Below, piece after piece: positions 53,401 to 62,436 of a DNA stretch of 64,000 bases. The stretch is taken from contig NC_092678.1 of NCBI RefSeq assembly GCF_964355755.1, positions 24,383,365-24,447,364 of the forward strand, written 5' to 3'. Made by a program: the position numbers and the translations under genes. The notes under the pieces are model-generated. The model did not search any database and had not been told where the DNA came from. It saw only the letters and a program-made list of their open reading frames with translations. How positions within the stretch are numbered: the stretch's first letter is position 1; every line of letters begins with the position of its first letter. This stretch comes from Antedon mediterranea (Eukaryota; Animalia; Echinodermata).

Positions 53401-56400
53401 TGTTAAGAGGCACTGTTAAGTGTTTAAAGGGGTGGCTATGTTGATGAGAGGCATTGTTGAATGTTTAAAGGGGTGGCTATGTTGATGAGAGGCATTGTTG
53501 AATGTTTAAAGGGGTGGCTATGTTGTTGAAAGGCATTGTTGAATGTTTAAAGGGGTGGCTATGTTGTTAAGAGGCATTGTTGAATGTTTAAAGGGGTGGC
53601 TATGTTGATGAGAGGCACTGTTGAGTGTTTAAAGGGGTGGCTATGTTGTTGAAAGGCATTGTTGAATGTTTAAAGGGGTGGCTATGTTGTTAAGAGGCAT
53701 TGTTGAATGTTTAAAGGGGTGGCTATGTTGATGAGAGGCACTGTTGAGTGTTTAAAGGGGTGGCTATGTTGTTGAAAGGCATTGTTGAATGTTTAAAGGG
53801 GTGGCTATGTTGTTAAGAGGCACTGTTGAATGTTTAAAGGGGTGGCTATGTTGATGAGAGGCACTGTTGAATGTTTAAAGGGGTGGCTATGTTGATGAGA
53901 GGCACTGTTGAATGTTTAAAGGGGTGGCTATGTTGATGAGAGGCACTGTTGAATGTTTAAAGGGGTGGCTATGTTGATGAGAGGCACTGTTGAATGTTTA
54001 AAGGGGTTGCTATGTTGATGAGAGGCACTGTTGAGTGTTTAAAGGGGTTGCTATGTTGTTAAGAGGCACTGTTGAGTGTTTAAAGGGGTTGCTATGTTGA
54101 TGAGAGGCACTGTTGAATGTTTAAAGGGGTGGCTATGTTGTTAAGAGGCACTGTTGAGTGTTTAAAGGGGTTGCTATGTTGATGAGAGGCACTGTTGAAT
54201 GTTTAAAGGGGTGGCTATGTTGTTAAGAGGCACTGTTAAGTGTTTAAAGGGGTTGCTATGTTGTTGAAAGGCATTGTTGAATGTTTAAAGGGGTGGCTAT
54301 GTTGTTAAGAGGCACTGTTGAGTGTTTAATGGGGTGGCTATGTTGTTGAGAGGCACTGTTGAGTGTTTAAAGGGGTGGCTATGTTGTTGAAAGGCATTGT
54401 TGAATGTTTAAAGGGGTGGCTATGTTTGGAGAGGCACTAGTTGAGTGTTTAAAGGTGTGGCTATGTTGTTGAGAGGTACTGTTGAATGTTTAAAGGGGTG
54501 GCTATGTTGTTGAGAGGCATTGTTGAATGTTTAAAGGGGTGGCTATGTTGATGAGAGGCACTGTTGAATGTTTTAACAGGGTGGCTATGTTGTTGAGAGG
54601 TACTGTTGAATGTTTTAACAGGGTGGCATGTTGTTGTGAGGCACTGTTGAATGTTTTAACAGGGTGGCTATGTTGTTGAGAGGCACTGTTGAATGTTTTA
54701 ACAGGGTGGCATGTTTTGAGAGTAAGTGTATGAAAGAACAATTAGAAAAGTATATGTTGATTGAATAGTTTCAAATGTTGTATGTGGTTAGGTAACGGAC
54801 ACACAGATAGACTGACATTGATGTGTTGTGTTAGTTTTTATTCAATTGCAATTACTTATTTTTATTGCATGTTAATCAAGACCAAAAACTATTTGTTAAT
54901 TTGCACAAACATTCACAAATAAATCACAATAAATTATGTTTTCATTAAATTATTTAAAACATTTGTTTATTAAAATATTTAAATCATCATGACACTTTCA
55001 TTGATTTAGGATGAGGCATGTCTGCCACAAGATTCTCCTTTGGATCCACTACAGGTACAATCACATTGCAACAAGCATGTTTGCTGCACGGTGCAACCCA
55101 TAACAGATCCTAACTAAATTCCATGGCAACAATACATGCACAGTAGATAAGACTTTGCATTTGGTTTAAAATCTAATAATGTTAGTGGTAGCACAAACAA
55201 GCACAAGCTTCTTTTTGAGACATTTCGACATAATTGTGTTTCCACAATTTAAAAGCATTTATCACATTTTCATAAAAGGATAACTAACTGTAGGCCTAAT
55301 TTTTCTAATTTAGAACATAAATCTACATGGTAAATTATATTAATATACATACATTTATTGATATTTAGAACAAATCACTACATTAAATTCTGCATGATAA
55401 GCAATATTCATCCAGATATGAGACCTGGGACCACTCTAACGTGACTGTTCAAACTAAGGTGACAATTCAAACTTGAGTGACAAGTTGAACTAGGATGACT
55501 AGTTTGTACATTTTGAAAAAAAGCCCACACATTTCAGTATAAAAATATACACAGATACCTCTTATTCAGATTACTGTTATTAAATATTGACAAAAGTGAT
55601 ACAGGATGACTTTAAACTGGCCCATTTGAGACACACACAACATGGATAAAAGGCACAAAATAGCAGAACGCACACTTTGTCTAACGACGTCAAAACTTAC
55701 TGATAATGATGACAGTTAAATAGTGGTATCTTGTAATGATTATTTAACAATGATTTTGAATGTTAACAAGCTAGAGTGTGCATGTGTGAAGTTTCCAGGA
55801 AAGTATTACCTTAATTACACACAGTGGCATGATCTTAATGATTAATATCCTTAATAAACAGTTCCTTTTTCGTGATTTCAAGTATCACTTTATCGCAAAC
55901 ATCATACAAGTTAATACTTCCTGAAACTATTGACACCATTATTTAATTTGATGTATGTATATAAACAAACTACTACAGCATTTTGATAAGCGAGTATAAT
56001 GTGGATAATGATGTCATCCATAAAAAATATAAAACATTTTAATTTTTTAAAATGTTACATGATTCAAACCTACAAGCTCTAGATAACAAATACCAAAGCA
56101 TTATTGTATATCACAAGTATATATAGCCAAAACAAGTGTATATAGTCTAAAGAAGTATATATAACCAAAACAAGTATCTATAAGTACATATAACAAAAAA
56201 ACTCCTGGGCATATAGCCATTTTTTGCACAGATATACAGTATAACACAAGTATATTAAGATTACTTTTTTAATTCACAATCACAACAGTTATGATAACCA
56301 GGAAAGGTTTAGTCTTTCTCAACACAAAATTAAATTGATTATACATTTACACGGCACTGTTCTCAATAAGTAAATCAATTGCACATTGTCAGAAAAAAAA

Positions 56401-59400
56401 AATAACAAAATAAAAAATAAATCTGTTTAAAATTATTTATAAGTTAAAAGAGGTCCAAGTACACATGTTAGTACACCCATTAGGTAGTGCAGTTTTATCA
56501 AATAGAACACTTTTAATTTGGGGCAACTTAAGACCTACACATGTTGTACTGTTTGTAGCCTGGATCTAGAATTAAAACAGGGACGTGAAATCAATTGAGA
56601 AAACACATCGCAAAGAATTAACATGTCACATCTAGGTCGTGGGTTGTTACAAATCAAACACTCCCAAATACTGATGAATTTTGATTGAAAGAAGTTTGAA
56701 ATCATTAGATATGTCCTGCTTACATTCCTAGGCACTAGATGAACCAGTGTACTGGCCAACAAGCAAGGACAATCCTATGGTGTTTGGAAACTTCAAAGTA
56801 AGCTTTGTGGAAGAGGAACATCATTTAGGATTCATGACTCGAGAGTTTGTTCTTGAATCAACTCAGGTTAGTGTCAAAGGTCATTTATACTTAATTGTTC
56901 ATTTTAACTATATTACAACTATATATAGAATATACCATGGACCTATAACTTAACTTATAGGTCCATGCATATACTGTATTGTATGTACAACTTCATTCTA
57001 TGTAATGCAGCAAAAGACCCATAGTTCAGCACTTCAAACTCTAGCTGGCTGCATTGCTACTCATTCCCAGGGGCCCCTTAAGAGCAGAGCTTAAGGGGCC
57101 CCTGGATTTAGCCAGCGAGTGCTCATAGCCGTCATGCCACTGGTTAAGACAATCTTGGAATATGTAATATAAAAAAAATATTTAATAGGCTGTTTAATAA
57201 AGCTATGTTGTTACTTAATATTAGGATGAGTATGAACTCGATGTTAAGCAATACCGTTGCACCTACTGGCCTGAGAGCTGCTCTCCTTTGCACACAGCAT
57301 TTGACCTTATTAAAGCTGTACAAGATAGAAGCATGAATAATGATGGACCAATTACAGTTCATGACAAGTAAGTTATTAATTACCATTTATGATAATTAAC
57401 TACCATTTATTAGCTTTGCATTGAGGAGCTAAGCAAGTCTGACTAAATTCTCAGTACAGTACATTGTGTGTTCTCAACTATTCCAAACATTGTGTTGGAG
57501 TAGGGCAAAACTTCTGAGACGATTCTCAGTGCTGTATCTTTTATTTGTAAAGTATCAGTCAAATGATGTAATATAGTGTCATATATGAATCACATATAAA
57601 GCCTGTATCATAGTCAAATTATGTAACAGTTTCCATTGTTGTCATTCATCCTAAATGTTCACAGTCATCCCATTCCTCCTCATCCTATTCCGCCTCATCT
57701 CATTCCTCCTCGTCCCATTCCTCATCTCATTCCTCTTTATCCCATTCCTCCTCATCCCATTCCGCCTCATCTCATTCCTCCTCGTCCCATTCCTCATCTC
57801 ATTCCTCTTTATCCCATTCCTCCTCATCCCATTCCTACTCATACCATTCCTCCTCATCTCATTCCGCCTCATCCCATTCCTCCTCATACCATTCCTCCTC
57901 ATACCATTCCTCCTCATCCCATTCCTACTCATCCCATTCCTCCTCGTCCCATTCCTCATCTCATTCCTCTTTATCCCATTCCTCCTCATCCCATTCCGCC
58001 TCATCTCATTCCTCCTCGTCCCATTCCTCATCTCATTCCTCTTTATCCCATTCCTCCTCATCCCATTCCTACTCATCCCATTCCTCCTCATCTTATTCCT
58101 CATCTACTACCATCTTCTCACACCATTATCCTCATAAAAACCCTTCATTTTAATCTATCATTCTTGTTGCTAACATCACAACGTACTAAACAAATCATTT
58201 TTCAGATATGGCAGTACAAATGCAGGAACGTTCTGTGCACTTAGTGCCCTCTATCAACAAATGAACAATGAGGACACAATCGATATCTATCAGATTGCCA
58301 AACTTTACACGTTTCGACGAAAAGGAATGTTCACAGATAAGGTACGGTATTGTTTTTATTTTCAATTACCAGATATCACCGACATTTTAAAAACCTGAAA
58401 CTAGAATTTAGGTCAGCAGATTTGAACCCATTAATTGGTAGGAAACATTATCATACGGTGCCTTGCCCGGTACACCATAATATCTACTTGGTACTTGGTG
58501 ATTGGCTTATTAATTGGACACTATCTCTTTTAACTGTTAGTGGCTTCAATAGCTTCTCAAATAAAGACACTGTTTGGTCAGATTATGAGTTTAAAATTTC
58601 TATCTTTACAGAGAGACTATTTCTTTTTGTATCGTGCAATGCAAAGTATCTACGCTGCTGAGCAGAATGTTAGAACGTTAAGTCTACACAACCAAAACTC
58701 AGTAGATGAAAAACACAGATGGGCGTTATTTGGCAGCCACAAAGACTCCAGCGTAAAGCGCGTCAGCTCGGTTAGGATGAGTCGTAGCGACAGTAATAGT
58801 AGCCGGTTACGAAGTCACACGATAACCGGCAATAGAAACAGTCGTTCGTCGAAAGGTACCAAAAAGGCACTCGATCGACGTAGACGTACCCAACAAAGCT
58901 TTGACGCCGCAGACCTGGACAAAGATCCGGGATCGATCCCTGGAGAATTTTACGAACTCGGAAATATTAGATCCAAAAAGAAATCAACAATGAAGGAATC
59001 GCAATCTACGCCAAGTTCACCCGCATTTGAAAATCCCGACGGATTTAAAATTCGGGATAAATCACACATTGGCGGAAAAGAACGACCGAAATCTGACTAC
59101 ATTACTGACAATATTAAATTCAAAAAAGACAATGAGAAAATTAACGGTGAGACTGCCATTCCTAAAACTGGAAACGGTAGAATTAGACCGCAGTCGGAAG
59201 CTTTTAATAATACGAATAATACATTGGTGGAAGAAACTGAAAATGAGACTTCTGAACTTAACACAAGTAAGAATGAAGACGACACACCAGTTGAAGAGAA
59301 ACCTGTGTCTGCACCAGCTAATGATGTCTGTATACCAATGGAAGACATTTCAGGATCAGTTGATGAAATATCACCGCTTAAACCTTTGATGGTCAACGGC

Positions 59401-59424
59401 ATAGATAATGATGTTCACTTGTAG
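17365..59424 (+). CDS. Ptp99A: Receptor-type protein tyrosine phosphatase, R5 subfamily (Ptp99A / PTPRG-PTPRZ1-like): SP-Ig-4xFN3-TM-D1-D2-tail, about 1460 aa
   Basis: 28 GT-AG exons join in phase (4386 nt including stop). D1 has [21 protein letters not shown] and QTEEQY. D2 has VHDKYG in place of VHC, the hallmark of R5 RPTPs. Confidence 0.9.
19690..20316 (-). mobile_element. Non-autonomous Helentron-type (HINE/DINE-1-like) element
   Basis: On the minus strand: subterminal IR TACCTCCGCC with local hairpin, (GTCT/GTTT)n microsatellite, distal GGCGGAGGTA, stem-loop CACTCtcgGAGTG, then CTAG and a T-run. Confidence 0.7.
20596..21243. repeat. Minisatellite, about 12 x 51-57 bp with embedded variable (TAG)n
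   Basis: caggtatagacagaatcaaatgatggccatacac(tag)n taaga. Confidence 0.95.
21700..21813. mobile_element. MITE family A copy, degenerate
   Basis: gtgtgatgtgcccaaatat...atgacatcatcatgtcc...agagcttt. Confidence 0.7.
23926..24065. repeat. Unclassified interspersed repeat family C (also 28553-28890 twice, 62800-62900)
   Basis: Shared TAGTCTATTTCGTGCCTAGCTTACCTGGATAAACC...GCCTTATTCTCC..GAAGAGCGA. Confidence 0.7.
26131..26463 (+). CDS. Ptp99A: RPTP Ig (V-like) domain exon
   Basis: GEDVFLPC...VEW...[16 protein letters not shown]; phase 1-1, 333 nt. Confidence 0.92.
26882..27002 (+). CDS. Ptp99A: RPTP FN3-1 first half
   Basis: tag|AT..AG|gtgagt; PEPPTKP...IQVMWGPG...GFIVEI. Confidence 0.9.
27336..27514 (+). 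CDS. Ptp99A: RPTP FN3-1 second half
   Basis: [14 protein letters not shown]...SDPIRT; cag| and |gtacgt. Confidence 0.92.
27556..27695. mobile_element. MITE family A copy
   Basis: taagctctgt...gatagtgtagaaagagcttaa with the family core. Confidence 0.8.
27721..27870. repeat. Minisatellite 4 x 37 bp
   Basis: gtcatgtgatcagtcactagtagcaaccaaacacaaa. Confidence 0.95.
27935..28229. repeat. Minisatellite 5 x 58 bp; unit resembles the GGACAC/GTGTCC interspersed repeat at 35955-36090 and 45270-45375
   Basis: accatattatgggatactttgctaggacctgaaggtgtcccattaatggacttttattg. Confidence 0.9.
28318..28499 (+). CDS. Ptp99A: RPTP FN3-2 first half
   Basis: [11 protein letters not shown]...[10 protein letters not shown]; cag| and |gttagt. 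Confidence 0.9.
28940..29081 (+). CDS. Ptp99A: RPTP FN3-2 second half
   Basis: [17 protein letters not shown]...SIRTFES; aag| and |gtatgt. Confidence 0.88.
29232..29322. mobile_element. MITE family A copy, truncated, just upstream of an acceptor
   Basis: taaagccctgtctacac plus the family core. Confidence 0.8.
29344..29529 (+). CDS. Ptp99A: RPTP FN3-3 first half
   Basis: PGPPSKV...[14 protein letters not shown]...FTIENL; |gtaagt. Confidence 0.92.
32086..32245. mobile_element. MITE family A copy
   Basis: taaagctctgtctac...gtttgatagtgt with the family core. Confidence 0.8.
33170..33360. repeat. Minisatellite about 12 x 16 bp
   Basis: aatttagatcaataat repeated. Confidence 0.9.
33917..34012 (+). 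CDS. Ptp99A: RPTP FN3-3 second half
   Basis: [20 protein letters not shown]...TDTG; tag| and |gtaagt. Confidence 0.9.
35494..35656. mobile_element. MITE family A copy, full length
   Basis: taaagttctgtttacactat...atagtgtaaacagagtttta. Confidence 0.85.
36455..36542 (+). mobile_element. L2-type LINE/SINE 3' tail remnant
   Basis: TGTGAAGCACCTTTGAG...GAAAAGGGCGCTATAGAAAT followed by (TAAA)n. Confidence 0.5.
36740..37054 (+). CDS. Ptp99A: RPTP FN3-4 exon
   Basis: [10 protein letters not shown]...[10 protein letters not shown]...YSVTIIPVT; phase 1-1. Confidence 0.9.
37962..38121 (+). CDS. Ptp99A: RPTP stalk + transmembrane exon (first of six possible donors)
   Basis: Thr-rich stalk then [25 protein letters not shown]; AG|gttagt. 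Confidence 0.88.
38098..38292 (+). repeat. Minisatellite 6 x 33 bp spanning the TM-exon splice donor
   Basis: tttaggcatttactatatgcacag|gttagtatt. Confidence 0.95.
39296..39340 (+). CDS. Ptp99A: RPTP juxtamembrane 45-nt exon (symmetric, possibly cassette)
   Basis: tgtag|A..CAG|gtaaag; phase 2-2; [14 protein letters not shown]. Confidence 0.6.
39806..39917. repeat. Tandem repeat 3 x 37 bp
   Basis: taggaatatccctttgggattaaggatttacagttaa. Confidence 0.9.
40015..40091 (+). CDS. Ptp99A: RPTP juxtamembrane exon
   Basis: atag|A..CAG|gtaagt; [25 protein letters not shown]; bridges phase 2 to phase 1. Confidence 0.85.
43324..43421 (+). CDS. Ptp99A: RPTP wedge-region exon
   Basis: [27 protein letters not shown]. 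Confidence 0.93.
43795..43888 (+). CDS. Ptp99A: RPTP D1 exon (KNRY loop)
   Basis: [12 protein letters not shown]|gtaagt. Confidence 0.95.
43880..44414 (+). repeat. Minisatellite about 12 x 43-57 bp spanning the KNRY-exon splice donor, with variable (TA)n
   Basis: tagtagcct|gtaagtatttaaaccctgttcacac(ta)n. Confidence 0.95.
44509..44585 (+). CDS. Ptp99A: RPTP D1 exon
   Basis: YDHSRVKL...[10 protein letters not shown]; 77 nt. Confidence 0.95.
45124..45160 (+). CDS. Ptp99A: RPTP D1 37-nt exon
   Basis: [13 protein letters not shown]|gtgagt. Confidence 0.93.
45827..45855. mobile_element. 29-bp hairpin with 7-bp TSD (putative P-type excision footprint)
   Basis: CTGGACC|CATAGAGAGTTCACTATGATATCTCTATG|CTGGACC. 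Confidence 0.7.
46296..46393 (+). CDS. Ptp99A: RPTP D1 exon
   Basis: [17 protein letters not shown]...[10 protein letters not shown]. Confidence 0.95.
46590..46727 (+). CDS. Ptp99A: RPTP D1 exon
   Basis: RKCDKYWP...YGDFEV...FTVRNF. Confidence 0.95.
46821..47135 (+). mobile_element. tRNA-derived SINE interrupted by MITE B; uninterrupted body copy on the minus strand at 30860-30930
   Basis: A box TAGCTTAGTGG, B box GGTTCAATCC; body GTGCCAGGGTTGTA...TCTTTCAACTCCACTCCC...CCTCAAATGAG shared with the 30.9-kb copy. Confidence 0.7.
46937..47115. mobile_element. MITE family B (PIF/Harbinger-like), intact, nested in a SINE; decayed relatives near 28519, 28713, 31426, 52369, 59538
   Basis: TTA|AGCTTGGTTCCCACTAG...CTAGTGGGAACCACGCT|TAA with long imperfect internal inverted repeats. 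Confidence 0.8.
47865..48016 (+). CDS. Ptp99A: RPTP D1 exon (WPD loop, catalytic Cys)
   Basis: [13 protein letters not shown]...GPMIVHC AG|gt. Confidence 0.96.
48337..48486. mobile_element. MITE family A copy, full length
   Basis: taaagctctgtctacac...gtgtagacagaacttta. Confidence 0.85.
48513..48648 (+). CDS. Ptp99A: RPTP D1 exon (P-loop, Q-loop)
   Basis: [11 protein letters not shown]...[12 protein letters not shown]. Confidence 0.96.
48912..49061 (+). CDS. Ptp99A: RPTP D1 end / interdomain linker
   Basis: [10 protein letters not shown]...SEVP...LDQHFE. Confidence 0.93.
49407..49500 (+). CDS. Ptp99A: RPTP D2 exon
   Basis: [17 protein letters not shown]; 94 nt, mirroring the D1 exon. Confidence 0.92.
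49545..49745 (-). mobile_element. Degenerate copy of the 9.6-kb SINE
   Basis: Shares ggtaac.ccctactcgtctc, tatgt.tacact, ccttatc.gagaa.act.gtt, caccagaac, ggagcgagt..gcctc. Confidence 0.65.
49856..49932 (+). CDS. Ptp99A: RPTP D2 exon
   Basis: VERSRVHM...[14 protein letters not shown]. Confidence 0.93.
49945..50799. repeat. Minisatellite about 10 x 82 bp (dimer of related subunits)
   Basis: aaatccatcctgctctctccctcttagatatt / aagtccatcttgtaaactcactcccctttagatattgataagtataactc. Confidence 0.95.
51063..51191 (+). CDS. Ptp99A: RPTP D2 exon (alternative longer form ends at 51365)
   Basis: [28 protein letters not shown]...; donors CAG|gtaaaa (51191) and CTT|gtaagt (51365). Confidence 0.9.
51430..51917. 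repeat. Minisatellite about 23 x 21 bp
   Basis: tgaaacatttcatcatcatga variants with higher-order periodicity. Confidence 0.95.
53241..54722. repeat. Minisatellite about 36 x 41 bp
   Basis: gaggcactgttgaatgtttaaaggggtggctatgttgatga. Confidence 0.95.
55010..55054 (+). CDS. Candidate 45-nt cassette exon within D2
   Basis: ttag|GAT..CAG|gtacaa; phase 0-0, stop-free, [15 protein letters not shown]; higher GC than flanks. Confidence 0.5.
56732..56866 (+). CDS. Ptp99A: RPTP D2 exon
   Basis: [21 protein letters not shown]...REFVLESTQ. Confidence 0.92.
56936..56967. mobile_element. 32-bp hairpin with near-perfect 7-bp TSD (putative P-type excision footprint)
   Basis: AATATAC|CATGGACCTATAACTTAACTTATAGGTCCATG|CATATAC. 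Confidence 0.65.
57225..57367 (+). CDS. Ptp99A: RPTP D2 exon (degenerate WPD loop and P-loop)
   Basis: [21 protein letters not shown]...DGPITVHD. Confidence 0.93.
57666..58103. repeat. Pyrimidine-rich 12/15-bp minisatellite
   Basis: cccattcctcctcat variants. Confidence 0.92.
58206..58341 (+). CDS. Ptp99A: RPTP D2 exon
   Basis: [32 protein letters not shown]...GMF. Confidence 0.93.
58612..59424 (+). CDS. Ptp99A: RPTP last coding exon: D2 end + long low-complexity C-terminal tail
   Basis: acag|[12 protein letters not shown]...DNDVHL followed by TAG TAG; 813-nt open frame. Confidence 0.9.
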   Translation, partial: RDYFFLYRAMQSIYAAEQNVRTLSLHNQNSVDEKHRWALFGSHKDSSVKRVSSVRMSRSDSNSSRLRSHTITGNRNSRSSKGTKKALDRRRRTQQSFDAADLDKDPGSIPGEFYELGNIRSKKKSTMKESQSTPSSPAFENPDGFKIRDKSHIGGKERPKSDYITDNIKFKKDNEKINGETAIPKTGNGRIRPQSEAFNNTNNTLVEETENETSELNTSKNEDDTPVEEKPVSAPANDVCIPMEDISGSVDEISPLKPLMVNGIDNDVHL

Positions 59425-62231
59425 TAGAAGAATTTACTGATTATACCGTATAAAATAAACTGTTGTCTGCGAATAGAACAGATTAGATATAAAGCATTTG
59501 TAACTGATAAATATTTAGACACAGTCCGAGTCAGATGAAGCTTGGTTTCCAAGCCGCAAGTACAACGTAAGTGAGATGGCCAATCACAAGTGATGGTTTG
59601 GATGATCCGTCGTGTCATGATTTGTGAAATTACTCGCAGCGTGCTTGCATTGTTTTTGCGTACAAGTAGGAACAAAGCGACACATAGATATATAATTCTA
59701 GAAAGTAAATTGCATCAAATATGCTTTGTGTGAAATATTGTGAAAGTTTGCAATAAGAAATACGAAAGTTCTCCTACGGTTTGGTATTTTTATTGATGTC
59801 AACATGTAACGTTCATAGCAATACTACACTGTAACATGTTATTTGTGGCAGCGGTGTATAGTATATATTAAGCCATAGTAAAATTAGTAACACTGAAGTA
59901 TTGTCCGTTACACTGAAGTATTGGAAGTTGTTTGCTGTTAGTAAAATGGGCTGGTGATTGTACACCTTACGTATGATGGATAGGTGTGGCTCCCCCTGTA
60001 TAAGTAGGTGTGGCTTGATCATTGAGATAAATACAAGCAGCAGGAATGATGTGGCTTCAATAAAGATAAAAATAGACGAGGCAACAATTGAACATAGTTG
60101 CTTTTAGACTGAAACTGAAAAAAAAGAAAGCTTTGTTAATAACTAGATTTAATATATATATGTTTTATCTGAGACGACACGTCTTAGGTTTTATCTAAAT
60201 TAGTGGTAGGTAGTAATATAAGATAACAGATTGTTGATACTTTTATTAAAAATATCTTTAAATAATCAATGTAATTTTAAAGAAAGAAAAACAGTAATAT
60301 TATATTATCTACTACATTCCCGGTTTATAATTTAGCATCCAACTAACAACTTCTTTCTGTTCCTGCCGACTTCGGCTGTCGTTCGTGTGTGCTAATGTTT
60401 TGTATGCATTTATTTTGATATGCAAACCTTTTTGGTTGTGGAATATGATAACATGTCCATAGAGATAGCTGTATAGCCCATAGAGGGATACTATGGCAAG
60501 CTGTACTGTCCATAGAGATAGATATTATAGCAAGCTTTTACTGTTTACTGTTCAAACGGCATTACGTAGCCAGGCAGTGTACCCTACTAAAATGTAGCGT
60601 TACATAAAATAGTGACTGTTCCATGAGAGGTTTTAAATATTGATCTATGGTGCAGAGGCGTGTATAAACTTTTATTGCTGAATCTGTTTAAACACTTTGT
60701 TTCTTACAGATAATATTTTATATTTTGTTTGTAAATTCTTCATATTTATATAATGTTTTGATTATTTTTATATTCTCATTTTAAATTATTATTTATTATT
60801 TGTGTTTTTCATAAAGCATTTTAAGTAAAGTTATTTTACTATTTTATTATAATTAGTAATATTTGTTATACACAGATTGTAATTCTGTGTAGAAAATTAA
60901 ATGTTTACTTATTCCCTCTACAGATACTGTACCAGCCTACACCTACTTATTTCATGGGTTGGTATCGGACCATTTCCCCAAATTTGAGGGAGGGTGGGTA
61001 TGGTTGATGTGAGGCTACACCTGCATCATCACAGTATATTTGAAATAGTATACACAATATATACTTACTCAAAATTGACCCAAATGGAAAAGTATTGGTG
61101 CATTTATTTATACAGTATCAACTAGTTGATTTTTTAATCCAAAAGTCTTTCATAATTTTAGTTATCAAATATATTTTCGATAAACTGTATTAATTGAATT
61201 CATTTAAGAGAAAGAGTGACTAAAATTATTATTTGATTTACATATTTTAAAGGTTTTTTAAAGAATGGTTGGATTTCAACAAGTATATTCTATGTCAATG
61301 GATGGTTATGCTTGATAAGGTCATTACACATGTTCAGAGCATGGTTATGCTTGATAAGGTCATTACACATGTTCAGGGCTTGTATGTCCATATATGGGAC
61401 CATAAATAAAATGTCATGCAAACAGTATAGTAATTCATATGTAGAGTAAACACATGTTTGTGTCAATATATTGCTGTTGCCTAAATTCTTTACCCAAATA
61501 TCAAATTGATGTGTATAGCACTGTTAGTGTACACTTTGTGTTTGATGATTTTACAAATATTTAACCTTTCCAGTCACAAAATGAACATATTGCTGGGCCA
61601 ATTTGGATGTTTTATTCATTATTGTAAAAGTGAAATCGTTTCTGTTATACTAAAGTTACTAAACCATGTCATGTGTTTTTGGTAATACAGTTTAAATGTA
61701 TAAGCACCAATATATTACATAATTGTCCTTTCACATACTGACCTTTTTACACACTGACCTTTCACCCCTGACCTTTCACCCTTATGTAATAACAATTATG
61801 AGGAATACCAAATTATATTTAGTGGTGTGAAGAGTAGTTAGATGCCAAATATGACAGATTTTATTCAATAATAATGATAATAAAAAATATAATAATGCCC
61901 TCTCTAATTTTTTTTTCTTGATACGTTATTATTTTTGGTATCTATATTAATAAAATTTCAACTTTTGTTTTTCTTTGTTGAACTTTGAGGGTAATTTCTT
62001 TCCCGTTGGCAACAATAACTCTTTTCAAGTTTTTCAACTTCATTGTGTATTTTTTTATTGTTATTAAAAACACTAATCATGTAATGTGTGTTTAACAATA
62101 GCACCTATGAATATTGTGAATACTGTTTGGCTAAATGCACTCTCATTTCGATATAGACGATATATATTTTTTTGTAAATGCAGTACTTGTTATTTTCGTA
62201 AATTTTCCAACAAAGATGAGGACAACTTACT

Positions 62232-62436
62232 CTGCTCTGTCTCTGTCACTATCAAACTAGTTTGACAAAAAGAGTGTGATGTTCCAAAATATGGTTGCGA
62301 TATGCCCAAATATGGTAGTGATAGGGCACATCACATTTTTTGTCACATGACGTTTTTGATAGTGTAGACAGAGCTTACCATATGTGCACATACTAGAATA
62401 ATTGGGCACATCACTACCATATTTGGGCACATCACT
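62232..62436. mobile_element. MITE family A copy plus adjacent core fragment (in putative 3'UTR)
   Basis: cactatcaaactagtttgac...gatagtgtagacagagctta. Confidence 0.75.

Noticed and set aside
57636-58244. Pro/His-rich 202-aa ORF and overlapping ORFs
   Set aside because: Translation of a 12/15-bp pyrimidine minisatellite; the real exon at 58206 uses another frame
59027-59402. Alternative-frame (120 aa) and antisense (101 aa) ORFs within the last RPTP exon
   Set aside because: Expected shadows of a long low-complexity coding exon; no independent signals
59422-59427. Stop-codon readthrough of the RPTP
   Set aside because: The stop is a tandem TAG TAG, so no extension is possible
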